Source of the DNA: Nemertoderma westbladi
Lineage: Eukaryota > Animalia > Xenacoelomorpha
Direction: 5' to 3'
Assembly (NCBI GenBank): GCA_032718475.1
Contig: JAUCBJ010008047.1
Location: 1 to 64,000, forward strand
Length of the DNA: 64,000 nucleotides
Shown: one piece after another, positions 23,733 to 38,243 of the stretch
Layout of the letters: each line of letters begins with the position of its first letter
Position numbering within the stretch: position 1 is the stretch's first letter
Program-made: the position numbers and the translations under genes
The notes under the pieces: generated by a model
What the model saw: the letters and a program-made list of their open reading frames with translations, nothing else
The model's database searches: none
Told to the model about the DNA's origin: nothing

Positions 23733-25617
23733 CGGCACTTAAATGCCAAAACCGTCTATCTCATTTTTACATAGTTTTGAGAAAAACGCAAAATACATTC
23801 CAGGCCTGTTATTTGAATCCTGATTGGAGGAAATCCTGTGAAATGATGTCATTAGGTAATTAATAGTCATATAATTCTCTGAACAGAATATTTTTAACTG
23901 AAACTCATATCTACATAGTGTAATGTGAGATATAGCGTATTTGCTTTTATGTTTTCATAGACATTTGTATGCCAAAACCGTGTATCTCAGAGATAGTCAA
24001 GGAAGGACCCCTTGGAAATAAGCTGCAAAGCTTTAGGGGTAATCCTATATGTTATGTTGGACAATACCTTTATACCGGTACATTGTTTGGTGAATTTGTT
24101 ATTGTTTTTACACAATGTATAAATAAATCTATCTATCTATTAGTCTGTTTTGGCGTGTATAAATTTGTTGTTTAACCTGAAGTTCTAGGCATTCTTACAT
24201 GCCAAAACAGACTATCTCAGATATAAACCCTATGTTGTCCGGCTTTTTTAATACGTAATTGGTTAGAAAACGAAAATATGTTGTGTTTGGTTTGATTATT
24301 CCGAAGGTATATGGGTTTTCGAGGTCTCTGATAACGATGAAACTTCTTAATAATATTTCTCGTACGTCAAACGTCATTTTTGGGGCCATTCTGATACCCC
24401 AAGATGAAAAGTAGAAGTAGCAAAAATTTCATACGGTTAAATTTTGCCTTTGTTTGGGTAATAATGGTTTTCAAGGTCGCTGATCATGATACAACTACTC
24501 GTTAAAAATCTTTAGTGGTAATAAAACTTTCGTTTTTAGTGCTTCTCTTGCGGGACGAAAAATGCAACTGTAGCATAAAATTTACAAATGCCAAAAAATG
24601 AATTTAGTTGGATAATATGATATTTTTGAGTCTCATATTCGTGATCAGCGTCTCAGAAACCCCCATGAAATTTAGTAATAATTTTTATTAACAAATTTGT
24701 TCTATATTTATATTTTTCGTGCCGCACATTGACACATTTCTAAAAATGCCATAATCATCAAGGTACGATATATTTCATATATTCGTGATCAGCACTCCAA
24801 AAAAAATCAAAAATTTAAATAAAGGTCATAAAATTGGCTTGATTTTATGCTGATTTTTCATCATCATGTCATTACTCATCATCATTACTACTTGTTTTTT
24901 CGTGCCCCAGGGGGCACATTCAAAATTACAAAAAAAATTCTCGAAGATTATATTTGAGTTCTACAATCGTCATCAACATCCAAAAAACGCGATCGACCGC
25001 AAATAAATTTATTTTAGTTAGTCATAAAAACTTTTGAAAATTTTAGCACGAGAATGCTGGAGATGGGTGTCAGAAAGTTACCATGGCACGAAAACTAACA
25101 TACTGTAGCTATATAAATGGCGTTTGCGATGTTGGATAGCACATTAAATTTTAGGAAACTAGTAAAGTAAAACTAGGTACTAGTAAAAGCATAATTGTAG
25201 GCTATAAGGCAAGTTTAGCGTCATTATTGTATTGTACATAGATCATAGAGATAGACTGTTTTGGCAAATACAAATGAATAATTATTCGATATTGAATCCA
25301 ACGGAATATAAGTAGACAGAATACACAGATATGAAAGAATACACAGATAGACGGTTTCGGCATAAAGGAAACTATAAATCCAAACTTAATGTTTAATCCC
25401 AAATCAATCTAAGTAAGGATAGATGGTTTTGGGATTTACTATTATTGACAGATGTTGAGATAGACGGTTTTGGCAAAAATATATCTCCTTAGTACTTCAT
25501 AATTACGTCTTAAGACTTGGCTAGAAAGATGCGCCTCGTTTTTCTGATTCCAAATATATTATGCATATGTAATTTTTCAAAAAAATTGAGTTAGACGGTT
25601 TTGGCATGTAAGGGCCG
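23733..25617. mobile_element. Non-autonomous TIR DNA transposon with 4-bp TSD (Sola-like)
   Basis: About 35-bp imperfect TIRs (CGGCACTTAAATGCCAAAACCGTCTATCTC / GAGTTAGACGGTTTTGGCATGTAAGGGCCG). TSD TACT at 23729-23732 and 25618-25621. Subterminal GCCAAAACCGTCTATCTC motifs are in opposite orientation in the two arms. Confidence 0.7.
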
Positions 25618-25638
25618 TACTGCCTCAGTGGCAAGGGC

Positions 25639-26825
25639 TGTACGCGCTTTTGAAGACCTTTAGCAGTTTAACCTGCCAAAATTTATATGTCTTTTGGTTT
25701 ATAAATAGACTTTAGCATATGACAAGTATTTAATACCAATAAACACAACATTAGCCGAAGCCAGCCTAGTGCGCGTCCATTCACCCGCTGGATATACCCG
25801 GGAGACTGGATTCGGAGGGCTTAGATTGTTATTGCAGTGTAAGCTTACTGTATTATTCGATTGATCGTTAATAAATAATTTCTGACAAATATTATTCACT
25901 TTCGGGAAATATTAACAGTTCCTTTAGGACGTGGCGCTCTATCTAGGTAAACAGAACTATGACTTATACTAAACACAACGGTAAGACGGTAAGGCTTATG
26001 ATTCACGTATGAGGCGCATTCTTTAGGAAATACTTAGTTATCAGCCACAATCATGCACACTACCGGTACCGCACAATACTGCACACTAATCTGCCGACTG
26101 TCAATGAATTTTATCATACATAAAGAGAACAGCAATTGACTCATGTAGTGCTTATCAAATAGCATTAAATTCACTACAAACCACGATAATATAAGTCGCA
26201 ATCGCTATATGTAACCTGTCTCTCTAACCTGTAGTGTATCAAGAAAATTGGGAAATTTGGGTTATTTATCGATGTTCTCCAAGTAATAATATTCAACCAA
26301 CTGATACAAATAATGACAACAGCAAATAGCAGTATAATAATGTATGTTGAACCGATAATGTAAGACTGAACTGATTGGGTTGTTAAGATAACAGTTATAC
26401 GTTCTATAATCTAAGCCTACTAATGTTTCTTCTAAAGTCTGAAACGAATTGACTCTAGAGCCGGTGTTCTTGGCCTAGATAGAAACAACAAAAACTATAA
26501 CACAGAAAACTATAAGACTGAACACTCCTAGCACGATCTGTAGAATATCTCCACATCGACAGTAAAAATCGCCCTGATTGGCTGTTAAGCTAAACAAAGA
26601 ACCATGTGTCCAACGGCCGTTTCCATGCCAGCAACCAGCTGTTAGATGTCGTAATCTGAATCATCAAGGCTACACTGTGCTAGAGGATTTGACGCATTGC
26701 GGGTTTTGTGCCTTGCCATGTCCGCCAAAGCACACATATAGACGAATGACTTTTATGTCCGTTAAAACACCTACAACGGTACTTTGCGGGCAAGGGGACT
26801 GATTATATCCGCAAAAGCTTTTACA
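25639..26825 (-). mobile_element. 3' LTR of B (1187 bp)
   Basis: Differs from 40562-41747 at only about 5 positions seen by eye. Preceded in sense by GGGAGCGG. Confidence 0.95.
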
Positions 26826-26903
26826 CCGCTCCCAGAAAATGGGATTCAAGTCTATAAATATACAAAAATCACAGTTTCTAATATACGTAAATACTCTAAA
26901 CAG

Positions 26904-28496
26904 TTAGTCTTTCTTGCGCGGACGGCGTTTACGCAGTTTTTTAAAGCTGGCCAGAGTCTTTTTCTCTTTGGGGCGAGCCACTTTACAAGGAGGGCTATAA
27001 CTCCTGGGTGAAGGGTGCAATATGATTGCATCAGAGGGTGTAGGATTATGGTCGGTGTATCTGCCAGTCGAAGTGCCGGGTTGATTGACATCAACGTCGG
27101 GGGAGAGGGGTCTAACGGCCTTGAGAGCGCGTTTTAGAATGGCCGCTCTTACGGGTCCTTTACGAGTGGTCTGAACGAGAGCCGTGGGTGGACCATAGGC
27201 AGTCAGAAACTACCTGGGTTTAATGGTTCTTTCCAACTCGCGTTCGCGGGCTCGGTATTCATAAGGCCGTCGATATACTTCCTGTAACTCGGGGTGTGAG
27301 TTAACAAATAAGTCTCCATAGTCCGGATCCTGACGGATAAAATTGATTAGGTTATATGAATGAAGGTCGCTAGGATTAACACTCCTGAGAAATTTGCGTA
27401 CGAATTTGGTTGAAATACATTCTCCGACGCGCTTCAGCAGTTCGTAACTCGATATGCGTGATTTCTGTTCGACAGAAGCGAATAGATAAGGATGGAACGC
27501 ATAAACTCCTTCGTAAGCGCGTCCAGGATAATAGCGATGGCGCGAATCACAATGTAAATCAGCGTTCGCTTCCCAAGCTCTGATGTAACGTAGTATGATC
27601 ATTTCATCTACGCTTTCCAAATCGTGATTAAAAGGGCAATTGAAACTGGCGTGTCCCTTTAGTTGACAATGGTGACATTGAGTCATAAATTGAGGGCAAA
27701 CCGCAAAAAGGTGCAAGTTATTGAGTCTGCAATACGCGCAATAAATTTCCATCGCCGGTTGTTCGTGGAAATAGGAACAGCGGACGTTTGTGTCCTTCAG
27801 TTTGTTGGTTGGGTCTAGGGCATTCGTCACAATAACACCAAAGACGTACGTCCTGTAGAGGAAACGCGGGTGATCGTTCTCCAGTTTTGCAATATTCTTC
27901 CATTTGTTCAAAACTATCCGGGATAACAGGTAGTGGACGATCGGCGGTAAGATACATCATAGTGAAATAGAGCCGTTTGAGTTCTACCATGGGGTCATGA
28001 TGTATACCTTGAGGATATAGAGTCTCGAGGTTCTGCTGACTGGCGATGTTGAGATAGGTTTCTCCCAAAATTCCAGGTAGTCGTTGAAGTCGATGCGTTT
28101 ATCCGGTTCTTCAACGTTTTCTCTTTCCAGTCTGTTACGAATAGAATTTTCGTGTTCTATTCTCGGTTTATCGTTACGACTCCGCTGGGTATGATATTTA
28201 AATAGAACCATTTCCCTTTCGGTGTCTACATCGTCCGTATCATGTAAATCGATAGGATGGCCGGTAGTTAAGAAGTCCATATACGTACCATTACGATGTG
28301 TATAGCGAGCGGTGAATTTTCGATAGTCCAATTCACGCGTAAGTTGCTCTTGGGACATCGGCGGTTCGATATAATGACCATCGTCCTCCGTAATGGTTGG
28401 ATCGGCTTCACCGCGTATCAAGCTATCCACAAATGCTTGTAAAGGTAGAGTATATCGCTCCCTGATACCAAGATCATCTTCTATCAACTCCGTCAT
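26904..28496 (-). pseudogene. Accessory zinc-knuckle gene of B (two frame switches and one in-frame TAG at 27210-27212)
   Basis: Joins ORFs 28496-27984, 28068-27718 and 27911-27210, then stays open in frame to TAA at 26904 (...KKLRKRRPRKKD). Contains CX2CX5HX4C and CX2CX4HX4C motifs and is homologous to C 57704-59712. Confidence 0.8.
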
Positions 28497-30115
28497 ATCT
28501 GTTATCTGAGTTTATTAATATCGAAATGAGTTTATGTTTAGGCTAGCGGGCGTCGCTGCCTACCTCTCGTTGCCCCCGGACAGTGAGATTCTCAGCGCCG
28601 ATGTACCGTCGTCGCGGTGTTTACGCCAACATGTAGCAACAGCACGAAAACGATAACAGGCACAAGTCACTCCACTGTCCGTCCCAAAGGCTTGGATCCA
28701 CTTTAGGTTCTTTCTATAGGAGAGTTGGGCTACTTTTACAATTGCGATTAGCTACTGTAAACATACTTTAGCAGTAACATTCACCTATAAACGCACAAAT
28801 TCCCACACAACTGTCACCAATTGTACACATACAGGCCATTTGTCCGTTAGTCAGTGCCTTCCAGAATGTCACGTTATTACTGTGTATCCTTGGATACTAA
28901 CAGTGTGCTATGTATTCTCTATGCTATGCAATGGGACAAGCTTTCTATTGTTCTTTTAACTTGCTTCTAATTCTAGCGTGGGTGTTGCTATGGTGACATT
29001 ATGGAAAGCTAGCGGTAGAATTAGGGTAATTCTCATGCACACAGATCTGGAATGCTATTTAATAGTAATTCTTTAATTGTCAATATCCTCCTTATGTATG
29101 ATTTTATTAATTTTATCGGCTATTGACTATATGTTGGAGATTCTCGCACTCTAATACACTCAATAGGATGAATCTCCGCTCCCATGATCTATTAATTAAT
29201 GGAATTTTGGGAATGTTATAAATTGCACAAATGACAATTTATGAAATTCATTTAAGATATGAATTTAAATTTATTCCCGTGAATTTTATTATTTGATGGT
29301 AAAATTGACACAATTTTGTTCCAGAGCATGTCTGGGGACCTAGGATCCTTAATTCTGTAAAATTGTCTTTTAAGAGTATCGGTAAGTGCTGCAATATCTT
29401 AATTGACTAGAAATTTTAAAGGATCTGAATTTTATAGATTTTAATAAATATTAAATTATAAATTTAAGATGGGCACCGATTTATTCCAGAACTTGTCTGG
29501 GGACGTTAACCACTGATTCTAGAATTTGTCTTTTAAGTATATCGGTGGGTGCCGCGATATCTTAATCGACTAGAATTACAGATGGTCAAAAGGTTTAACA
29601 GATTTATTTGCGTTTTACGCTACTGTTATAGGGACATCACGCTACTATAGGTATTATTTAATATAAAGTAGAAGAGCAATATCGCACGAAGCAATGTCAG
29701 TGTGAAGAGGCAAGTCGTTTCCAAGGTCTACCCAGAGCTTGGTTTAGCCGAGACACGAGGATCTGAACTTTGCATTCCTAATACTCTGCCTACCAATAAT
29801 ACTTAAATATAGTAGGAGCTTTATTGTACTTTAATAAGTACTGACATGTCATCTTACTGTAGTCTCGTATTTATAATATAATACGGACAGTAAAGAAAAG
29901 AAAGAATTATTTCTCGCCGTCATATTAAATATATATTATATGTAATTACGTAATAAACACTAATATATTGCACTAACCTACTAAATAATCTAAAATAACA
30001 TTCTACTAAATAAAATTAAATAAAACGATTGTAATAAAGTACATAATAACGTTCACATATAAAAATATAATAAAAATAGATAGAATAATATAGTCATGTA
30101 CCCACTCCAGACGTA

Positions 30116-33100
30116 TCACGTTGGGGAGTCCCTAGATGTTTGAGGAATTAGGGAGGTGGTCGTGGGAAGAGTGTCTTGCCTTCCATAGTTTCCGGAGAGT
30201 TCTCTGTCTCTTTCCAGTAAACATAAACGACCCACTGGGCGGTTGAGCTGTTGCGTCTCAAAGATTATGCCTGGCTTCTTGAAGTTACGCCGCATGACGA
30301 CGAGTTCTACCGAGCGCACTAAACCATCATCCGAGATGTGAGTCTCGATGATACGACCTGTCTGCCACCGTTTACGTGGAAGGTCTGAATCTACAATAAG
30401 CACCATATCTCCGGCGCTGACGTTTTCTTGCTGCGCAAACCACTTAGTTCGAAGTTGTAGCGTGGGCAGATAATGTTTCTCGAAATGGTCAGCGAACGAC
30501 GGGATAGCAACTGCATAAGTTGCCAAGTTCGACGGCAGTATTCGTCTCCGTCGGCAATCTCCGATCGTGGGAGCATGGCTACAGGTTTCTTCAGTAGGAA
30601 GTGCGCGGGTGTTAACGCTTCCAGGGAATCGGGACTCGATGAGACTGGGATAAGCGGTCTCTCGTTGAGATAGGCAGCTATTTCTTCCATTAACGTCCGC
30701 AAAAGTTCGTCGGTGAGATACGCGCGGCATGGCACTATAAAGTGAAATGCGGTCTTGACACTTCTAATTAATCTCTCCCAACTTCCTCCCCACCAAGGGG
30801 CGTCGGCGGCGTTGAAGGTCCAGCTAGACGCTGTTATCCTTAGCTGATCGTCCACCTGTCTTTGGTTCCAGTCCTTCACGTAAGCCTGGATTTCGTTGTT
30901 GGCACCAATGAAGTTCGTTCCCTTATCCGATCTCATGGTATTACTAGTCCCGAAGCGAGCGATCTGTCGGCGTAAACTTAATACGAAGCTGTTGGTAGAT
31001 AGATCGTTCACCATATCGAGATGGATGGCTCTACAAGTCATGCATACGAAGATGACACACCATCTCTTGACTATAGTCCTAGCACGATATACTTCAATAG
31101 GGCCAAATAAATCTACACCAGTATTAGTAAAAGGTGGTTCATAGAAGCTTACTCGTTCCCTAGGTAATTCTGCCTCTCGCTGTGTTAAAGGCCTACTGAA
31201 TGCTTTCCTACAGGGTATGCAGTTCCTAAGAACTTGGTTCAGAGCTCTACGGGGTTTATCAAAATAATAGCGAGTTCGAATTTCGCTAAGAACTCGTTCT
31301 CTACCAGCATGATAAAGTTTACTGTGAACATCTACAATCATCTTGATTTGTACTTCAAGATTTCTAATGAGTATGGGGAATTTAGTGTCAAAGGATAATG
31401 GCGCATTGGTGAGCCTTCCTCCAACACGTATTAACCCATCTATCATTGTGCTAGAGAAGCGATCCCTTAAGCGCATCTGCGGATTTCTCAACAACAGGAA
31501 ATACTTATCGGAATCCTCATAGCATTGCAGGAGCCTCAGTATCTGCTTATTGGTTTCTTCATGCTCCTGGTAACTGATTTTCTCCTTTAGAAACCGGTCG
31601 GATGTCTTATATTTGGGTAAATTTTTAATAACATGAACTTGCGCAGATGTCAATGGAGCGGTATCACTAATGGTCTTCGTCCTGGAGTAGTGATGATGAA
31701 AACATCGCCTTAAATATGTGACGGCTTTACAGAGCCGATTCCAGGAACTGTAGTGATGCATTGCTCTCTGCAGCAGGGGTGAGATTCCTTGCGAGACGTC
31801 TGGTGTTCCAGATTTCCAATCTCTATCTCTAATTTCCACAACAGACTTATTTGTGGCGAGGGATTGTGGATCCGAAGCATCGTTTCCGGAAGTATGTAAT
31901 ACAGATAGATCGATCGTTGGTTTAAATAACTTCGATTTACTCGCCCGGGTTTTAGGTTTGACTTTCTCCGCTCCCTTGGCTTGTCTAATCTCCGCCGTAG
32001 TAAGGTGAGGAGGCCATTCATCCTCTTCCTTACTCAGGAAGTCGGGTCCACCCAACCAGTCTGGAGTATCTATCAGTTCCTGTGGAGTCGCTCCCCTGGA
32101 GGCGATATCGGCTGGATTAATCGTACCAGGGCAATGTCTCCATTGATCTATCTTTGTGCAACTAAGAATAATAGCTACTCTGTTAGTAACAAAAACGCTG
32201 AACTGACAGACTTCATTGGTTATATACTCCAACACGAGTAAAGCGTCGGTCCAATAAACAGTTTCCTCCAGTGGATAGTCGATTTGTTCTGTTACGTTCC
32301 GGCCGATGGCTGTAGCGTATAAAGCCGCTTTTAACTCCGCTCGAGGAACCTTTAACTTGTTGTTAATCAATGCCTTAGAGGTAACCAAGGCGACTTTGAT
32401 TCCATCCGGAGTTTCGACTCGCAGATATGCTACTATACCTATTCCCATGTCGCTGGCGTCTCCAAACACATGGAGTTGATAGGAATACGTAGGAAGAACA
32501 TGACCAAAATATGCACGGGAAATTACAAAGCTCTTGATGGCAGGTAGAGAATCTTCCCATTTCATCCACTTCTTTAACAGTTCTCCCTTAAGTGGATCGT
32601 CCCATGAGTGGTTTTCAAGCCACATTTGTTGTACTAAACTCCGAGCAATCAATATAACTGGGCTAATAAATCCCAATGGGTCGAAATAAGTGCTCAGGAT
32701 ACTTTAACAAATCCGCTTGGTCCGAACTGGATTATCTCGCTGCTTTAGCTGAAAAAACAGGATATCTCTTTCTGTGTCCCACTTCAAGCCAAGCGTCTTG
32801 GTTTCTGGAAGATCGTCCTTTATTAAGTCTAGGTCTTTCGTTCCTCGGTCTTCTACCGGTATCGCTTCCAGAAACTCACGGGAGTTGCTGGTGAATTTCG
32901 TCAGTCGAAATCCACCTCTTTTCAAACACTCTACCGTTCCTTTTGTGACATCAATGGCTTCTTCTACTGATGGAAGGGACTTTAAATTGTCGTCCATGTA
33001 TATATCGCGCTTGATGTTGTCTATCACCTCTTTGGAGAAGGCGTCTCGGTTGTCATTCGCAGTGGTCCGCACCACGGAGCAGGCGTTGGAAGGGCTTGAT

Positions 33101-36100
33101 ATGATCCCAAAAGCCTGGATTGTCATCTAGTACTCTACCGGTTTCTGGTTGAGATCTCCTTCAGGCCACCACAGAAATCTTAGGCTGTCTCTATCTCTAT
33201 CCAGCGCCTTGACTTGTAAGAACATTCCTTCTATATCGGAGGCGAGCGCGATGGAATATTGTCTTAATCTTAAAAGTATTCCCAACAAAGATTGGAGTAA
33301 GTTGGGTCCTGGTAACAACTCGGAATTGAGGGATTGGCCCATGTATAGAGCGGAGCCATCGAATACGACTCGTACTTCATGGGGTTTACCGGGTTTGGGA
33401 ACGTAATGATGTGTTAAGTAATACGTTCTCTCAGTTACTAGTGTTCCTTCCGGTACTCGCTCCGCGTATCCCTTTGTAATAAATTTCTTCAACTGAGTTT
33501 GGTACATTTCTTTAGCTGAAGCATTAGCCGTAAGGCGTCGATGTAATTGAGTGATTCTTTTCTCTGCCAATGGTCTGTTATTTATAAATCTAGGTTCTCG
33601 TTTTCGAAATGGTAGGCCGATTTCATATCTACCTTGATCTTTTAAAAAACGTGTAGTTGTTTCCTGGATTTGCTTGGCTCTTTCTTCTTCTATCGATAGG
33701 GCCTTGTCGTATGAATTGGGCTCTACCAATTCTTGAGTAAAGAATCGTACGGCGAGTTCGTCCCGAGTTCTAGCGTTGTAGCGCTCTATCTCATCATTTA
33801 GTTCGTCATTGTAATCAATGGGTCCCGATGGGTGAATCAGTTGACATAGGTTCACCTGGTTTTTCCAAGTTTTGTTTTCTGTAAGTAGGTCGATTGTGTT
33901 CTCTTCATCGAAGAGTTGATAGATGTCGTCATTATCTGAGGAGTATAGTGTTCCCTCAGTTAGTTCGTCCACCTCACTGCTCTCCACTTCCCAATCGTTT
34001 ACTTGGTATATTCGTTCTTGTGGCATTCTCTCTTCGAGAGTTCTGCGGGAAGGGCCAGTAAAGTACCAACCTACTCTAGTTCTTACCGCATAGGTTTGTA
34101 GTGGCTGCGGTTGAGCAGGCCGTTTCTCCAATGTTTCGAGCGCCTCATGCGCGTTTTGGCCGATGAGTATTTGCACTCCAGGATAATCTGTCTGGAATCG
34201 AGGTATCTTAAGCTGTTGGATGCTCTCGTCCTCGTCCCAGTTATAAGGTTCTACTTGGGTAGTAGCGAAGTTCTTTATAGCCACCATTTTTACTGACCTT
34301 ATACTTTGTGCTCCTAATTTATCCTGGGGGGTGGACAACGCACCTACATAGTAATCTGCCGTTATGGTAGATTTCCAAACCTGCATAATTCCTGACATAT
34401 TCAATTTAGTCCGGAATTTGGGTTGTCCAGCAAAGATATCTTCGGCTAGTTCTCGATCGATGAATGTTCCTGTGCTGCCGGAGTCAAGGAGGGCGTTCAC
34501 TATGTAACTTTTGTTGGGACCGTGAACTCTTACCTGCACTACAGGAAATTCTCTGATTCCTACGTTGGAAGTTGGAGCTTTCCAAGATGGTTGTCTGTCA
34601 AAGGTAGTTGGGGGGAACTCATTGTCGGTGTCCTTTTCGTAAGTAAGTGCTCGATATACTGCGGTATTTATTAGGTAACAGGATTCGTTGGCGTCGGAGA
34701 ATTCGTCAGTATAGAATCCTTCCATCTCAGACTCTTGATCAGTGTCATTTACATCACTGAATTGGACATGTAGTTCGGGCTCACTTACCTGACTCGGGTT
34801 GTCTCGTTCGAACTCACTGTGTAACAAGATGTGATGTTTCGCGCCACACTTTGCACATTTTACGTCGGAGTAACAGGTTCGCCGTTGGTGTCCTGATCTG
34901 AGGCAATTATAGCATAACCGCTTATCCCACATGACTGCACGTCTGTCTACAAGGGATTTCTTTAGAAATTCAGCACACGCACTCAAACGGTGGGGCCCGT
35001 CGCACAGCGCACAGTTTGGTTTGATGTTACTCACTTTACCTTGGGTAACGTGATGCACTCTCGTTCTTTCTTCGGGCTTTCTTCCGTGCATTCTGTTAGG
35101 AGACTGAGGAGGAGTCTTGGCAACCTGTTCTCTCCTATCTTTGGTTCGAGCCTTGTATTTACTTACATCCTTTGAGGTTTTGTTAACGTAGTAAAATCGG
35201 CCAGTGTCTTTCCCGCTGTCCTCTTCTTGAGAAGCTTGGCTTTCGCCGTCGTCAGTGTAACACACTGGTGTTACTCTTCTCCTAGAAACGGGTTTCTCAC
35301 TTACCTTATTTTCCGATGTTTTCTCTCTGGACTGCTTGATGAGTTGTAGTTTTACTTCACCATCTAAGAAGGACATGAGATCAGCCATGGTAGGGCTTCG
35401 TCGTTGCTGCTCATTCATATACAACACTTTCTTGTCCCAGCGTGTACATACTCCACCCTTTGGTAAAGTAGAGACTACGGCTCCAATAACCATGGAACTC
35501 TGATATTCATGAGACTTACCTAACCAGTCCAATTGTCTACAGATCTCCTGAATCTCATCGGAAAACTCTATAATCCCGCTACTGAGGAAGTTTCGGGGGG
35601 CTACTAATTTTGCATACAAATACTTAGCGATGTTATCCTTGTTACCATACCTGGTGTTTAATGTATCCCAAACTTGTCTTAATCCATCTGGATGTCCAAT
35701 AAACTTTAACGCCATTAACTTGGGAGGTCCTTCCAAGCACTTGATGAGGAATCTAAGTTTCTCTCCGTTAGATAGTACAGAGTTCTGTATGCTATGTTTG
35801 TAATATTCATTGAAAGGTAACCATTTCATCTCATCTCCATTGAATTTGACGATCTCTCCCACTTTGACCGCTTGGCGGGCTTCTGTTCTAGCCATCTGAC
35901 GCGTAAAGCTTTCTTGGGCCATCGTGTTTTTAATATCGAATTATCGGTATATGAATTTCTCGGATTATTATCAGGTCTATAGGGAATATCATTAACAACA
36001 GGTTTATAATCACCCTTAATAGGGTTTGCTATAGGAGTTTCTACTTCACTAGCAGTATAGATGCGTGTAGGCTCCACACCTTGCGCATGTGATACTTCAG

Positions 36101-38243
36101 ACCTAACAGGTTGACACAATGTTGCAGGGGGTATTGGTATACCCTTTTGTATATTGACTAATTTGTCGCGTTCCAGCGCGATACTTTGCTGCACTTCTTG
36201 CAATTCTAACCTACTTTCCCTTACTGTTCCCCTAAGTTGGTGGACAGTCTCCTGCATCTGTCCGAGCAGGAGATTCATCCCCCGCCGTCCCTCCTCTACC
36301 CACTCGACCGCCGAAGCGGGAGTCGCCAACATTGTAGCGGGCCGACGCGGGACGACGGGAGACAAATCTTTGATTTCTCTCTCAGTGTCCAGGACAGGGA
36401 TATTCGCATGGACTGTTCTACCGGGTACAGGCAGTGTAGTACTGTGTAGAGGGAATTTAGAGTTAAGCTCTGGAAGTACAGGGGTCTCTAGCACAGGAGT
36501 GGCTTTGGGAACGACAGGCCTAATTATTTCAGGCTCATCAACTATAGTAGGGAGTCTTTTGACCTTAATAATTTGGTCTGTGGGTTCTGTACTACCTAAG
36601 TCTGTGCTAGCTAGTTGTCTTCTAACCGCTGGGGGCAAATCAGGCAATTTGTGACGGTGAGATGTTTTTCTACGCCTGCTTAGACGAGATCTATTTCCTC
36701 CGCCTTCAGGATCGATGGTCTCGCCTTCCTCCGATGATGTGTATCCTTGGCGTTTGGGAGTAGATCGACTCATCATCTGCATTTGACAAGCAGTTAACTG
36801 TTTATCTATGCAGTCTTGCATCTCTTGCAGATTTTCCAACTCCAGTTGGGTAGTCTCCTCAGACGCTCTCCGTTCTGCTTCTGCCACTGCCTTTGCCGCC
36901 TTTCTTTCCGCTTCTGCTTCTGCCATTGCCGCTGCCGCCTTTCTTTCCGCTTCTGCTTCTGCCATTGCCGCTGCCGCCTTTCTTTCCGCTTCTGCTTCTG
37001 CCATTGCCGCTGCCGCCTTTCTTTCCACTTCTGCTTCTGCCATTGCCGCTGCTACTGCTGCTGCCTTTCGGTCCTCTATCCGTTTTTTCTTTACTTGTTC
37101 TTCTTGGACTCTAGCGAGGCGGAGTTTTTCATCAAATTTAGCTTGGTTTGCAGCTAACATTTCCTCATCGATTGAGTCCAACACAAGCTTGGCTCCTTCA
37201 CTATTGGGGCGAAGTCCAGCCAATCGTCTCCTCAACTCTTCATCACCTAGGAAATGTTGATAGTCTGACAGATAGATGTCTATGGCGTCTCTCGTTCGCG
37301 GTCTCTCTGCGGTCACTTCGCTTTCCACTTGAGAAAAGGTGGCATCGGTTGATTCTTCATAGGTTGGTCGCTCAGACAGCTGGGATTTCCACTGGGCCGT
37401 TTCTTGTACTTTGAGACCTACCCGCTGGAACCAAGTCTTGACAGCAACTTGCAGCGACGTGTCCTGTCTTCTTTTGGAAGTTTCCTCAAAGGCTGATAGG
37501 ATTAGTCTAATGCGTAGGGTTCTTTCGTGTACTTGATATAGCAGCTCTTCCTGCTCTTGAGGTCCTTGGGGTTGTCGAAACAGTTGTTCTTCTAATCGCT
37601 CTAAGGAGCCGAAGAATCCCTGCACATATCCTGCTGCTGACCTCTTCCAAACAGCTGGATCCATCGTATCTTTAGTCACTCCCATCCTGTGTATGTCTTC
37701 CCAAGTAGCTTCGGACAAATCTAACGGGAGTCCGGGTCCGGGAAAGTTCCATTGTGACTCGACAATAGACATCAATTCTTCCCTGGCGTATCCCGCATAA
37801 CTATCTTGGGTCGCTCGCTTACTTCTCGCCCAATCGCCTTGGTGTTCCTCCACCGCAATCAATATAGTAGTTAGTACTGCGGCAGGAACGGTGAGAAGGG
37901 GATCCGAATAGGCTGTAGCCGCCATCTTCACTCCGCGTTCGGGGGTCAGCTCTACAGTATCCGAACTACTGGAGCTATCGGGTCACTGGGAACGAGTTTC
38001 TTGACTAGGATGTTGCTGCTGTTGGACAGCTGCCTCTTGGTTCCGTTTGACCTGGGCCCGAGTGCCGATGATAGACCTACGGTGTTGGATTAGCCTAGGG
38101 TCTGATACTACTACTGGAGGGATGACCTTTCTTTCAGTAGGAGGTGAGCTGAACCCCTTTCTTAATCGCTCCACACTCCTATCTGTGTCACAGATGGTTG
38201 TGTCGATTAGACTGTCTGACAGGTTTTGCTTTGTGTCAGACAT
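30116..38243 (-). pseudogene. gag-pol of B with 3 nonsense codons and 2 frameshifts
   Basis: Gag CCHC x3, protease LDSGS, RT (RVVFDGS, DIEGMFLQV, YMDD), RNase H (FGDAS), integrase (HHCC, TGVDLFGP, SDKGTNF, GGSWERLI). Stops at 37983, 33127 and 32704; frameshifts near 35930 and 30495. Confidence 0.92.

Noticed and set aside
35826-35940. Programmed frameshift in B gag (and at about 30495 and 56790)
   Set aside because: A is continuous at the homologous gag site, and each break is a single-base loss in a short homopolymer.
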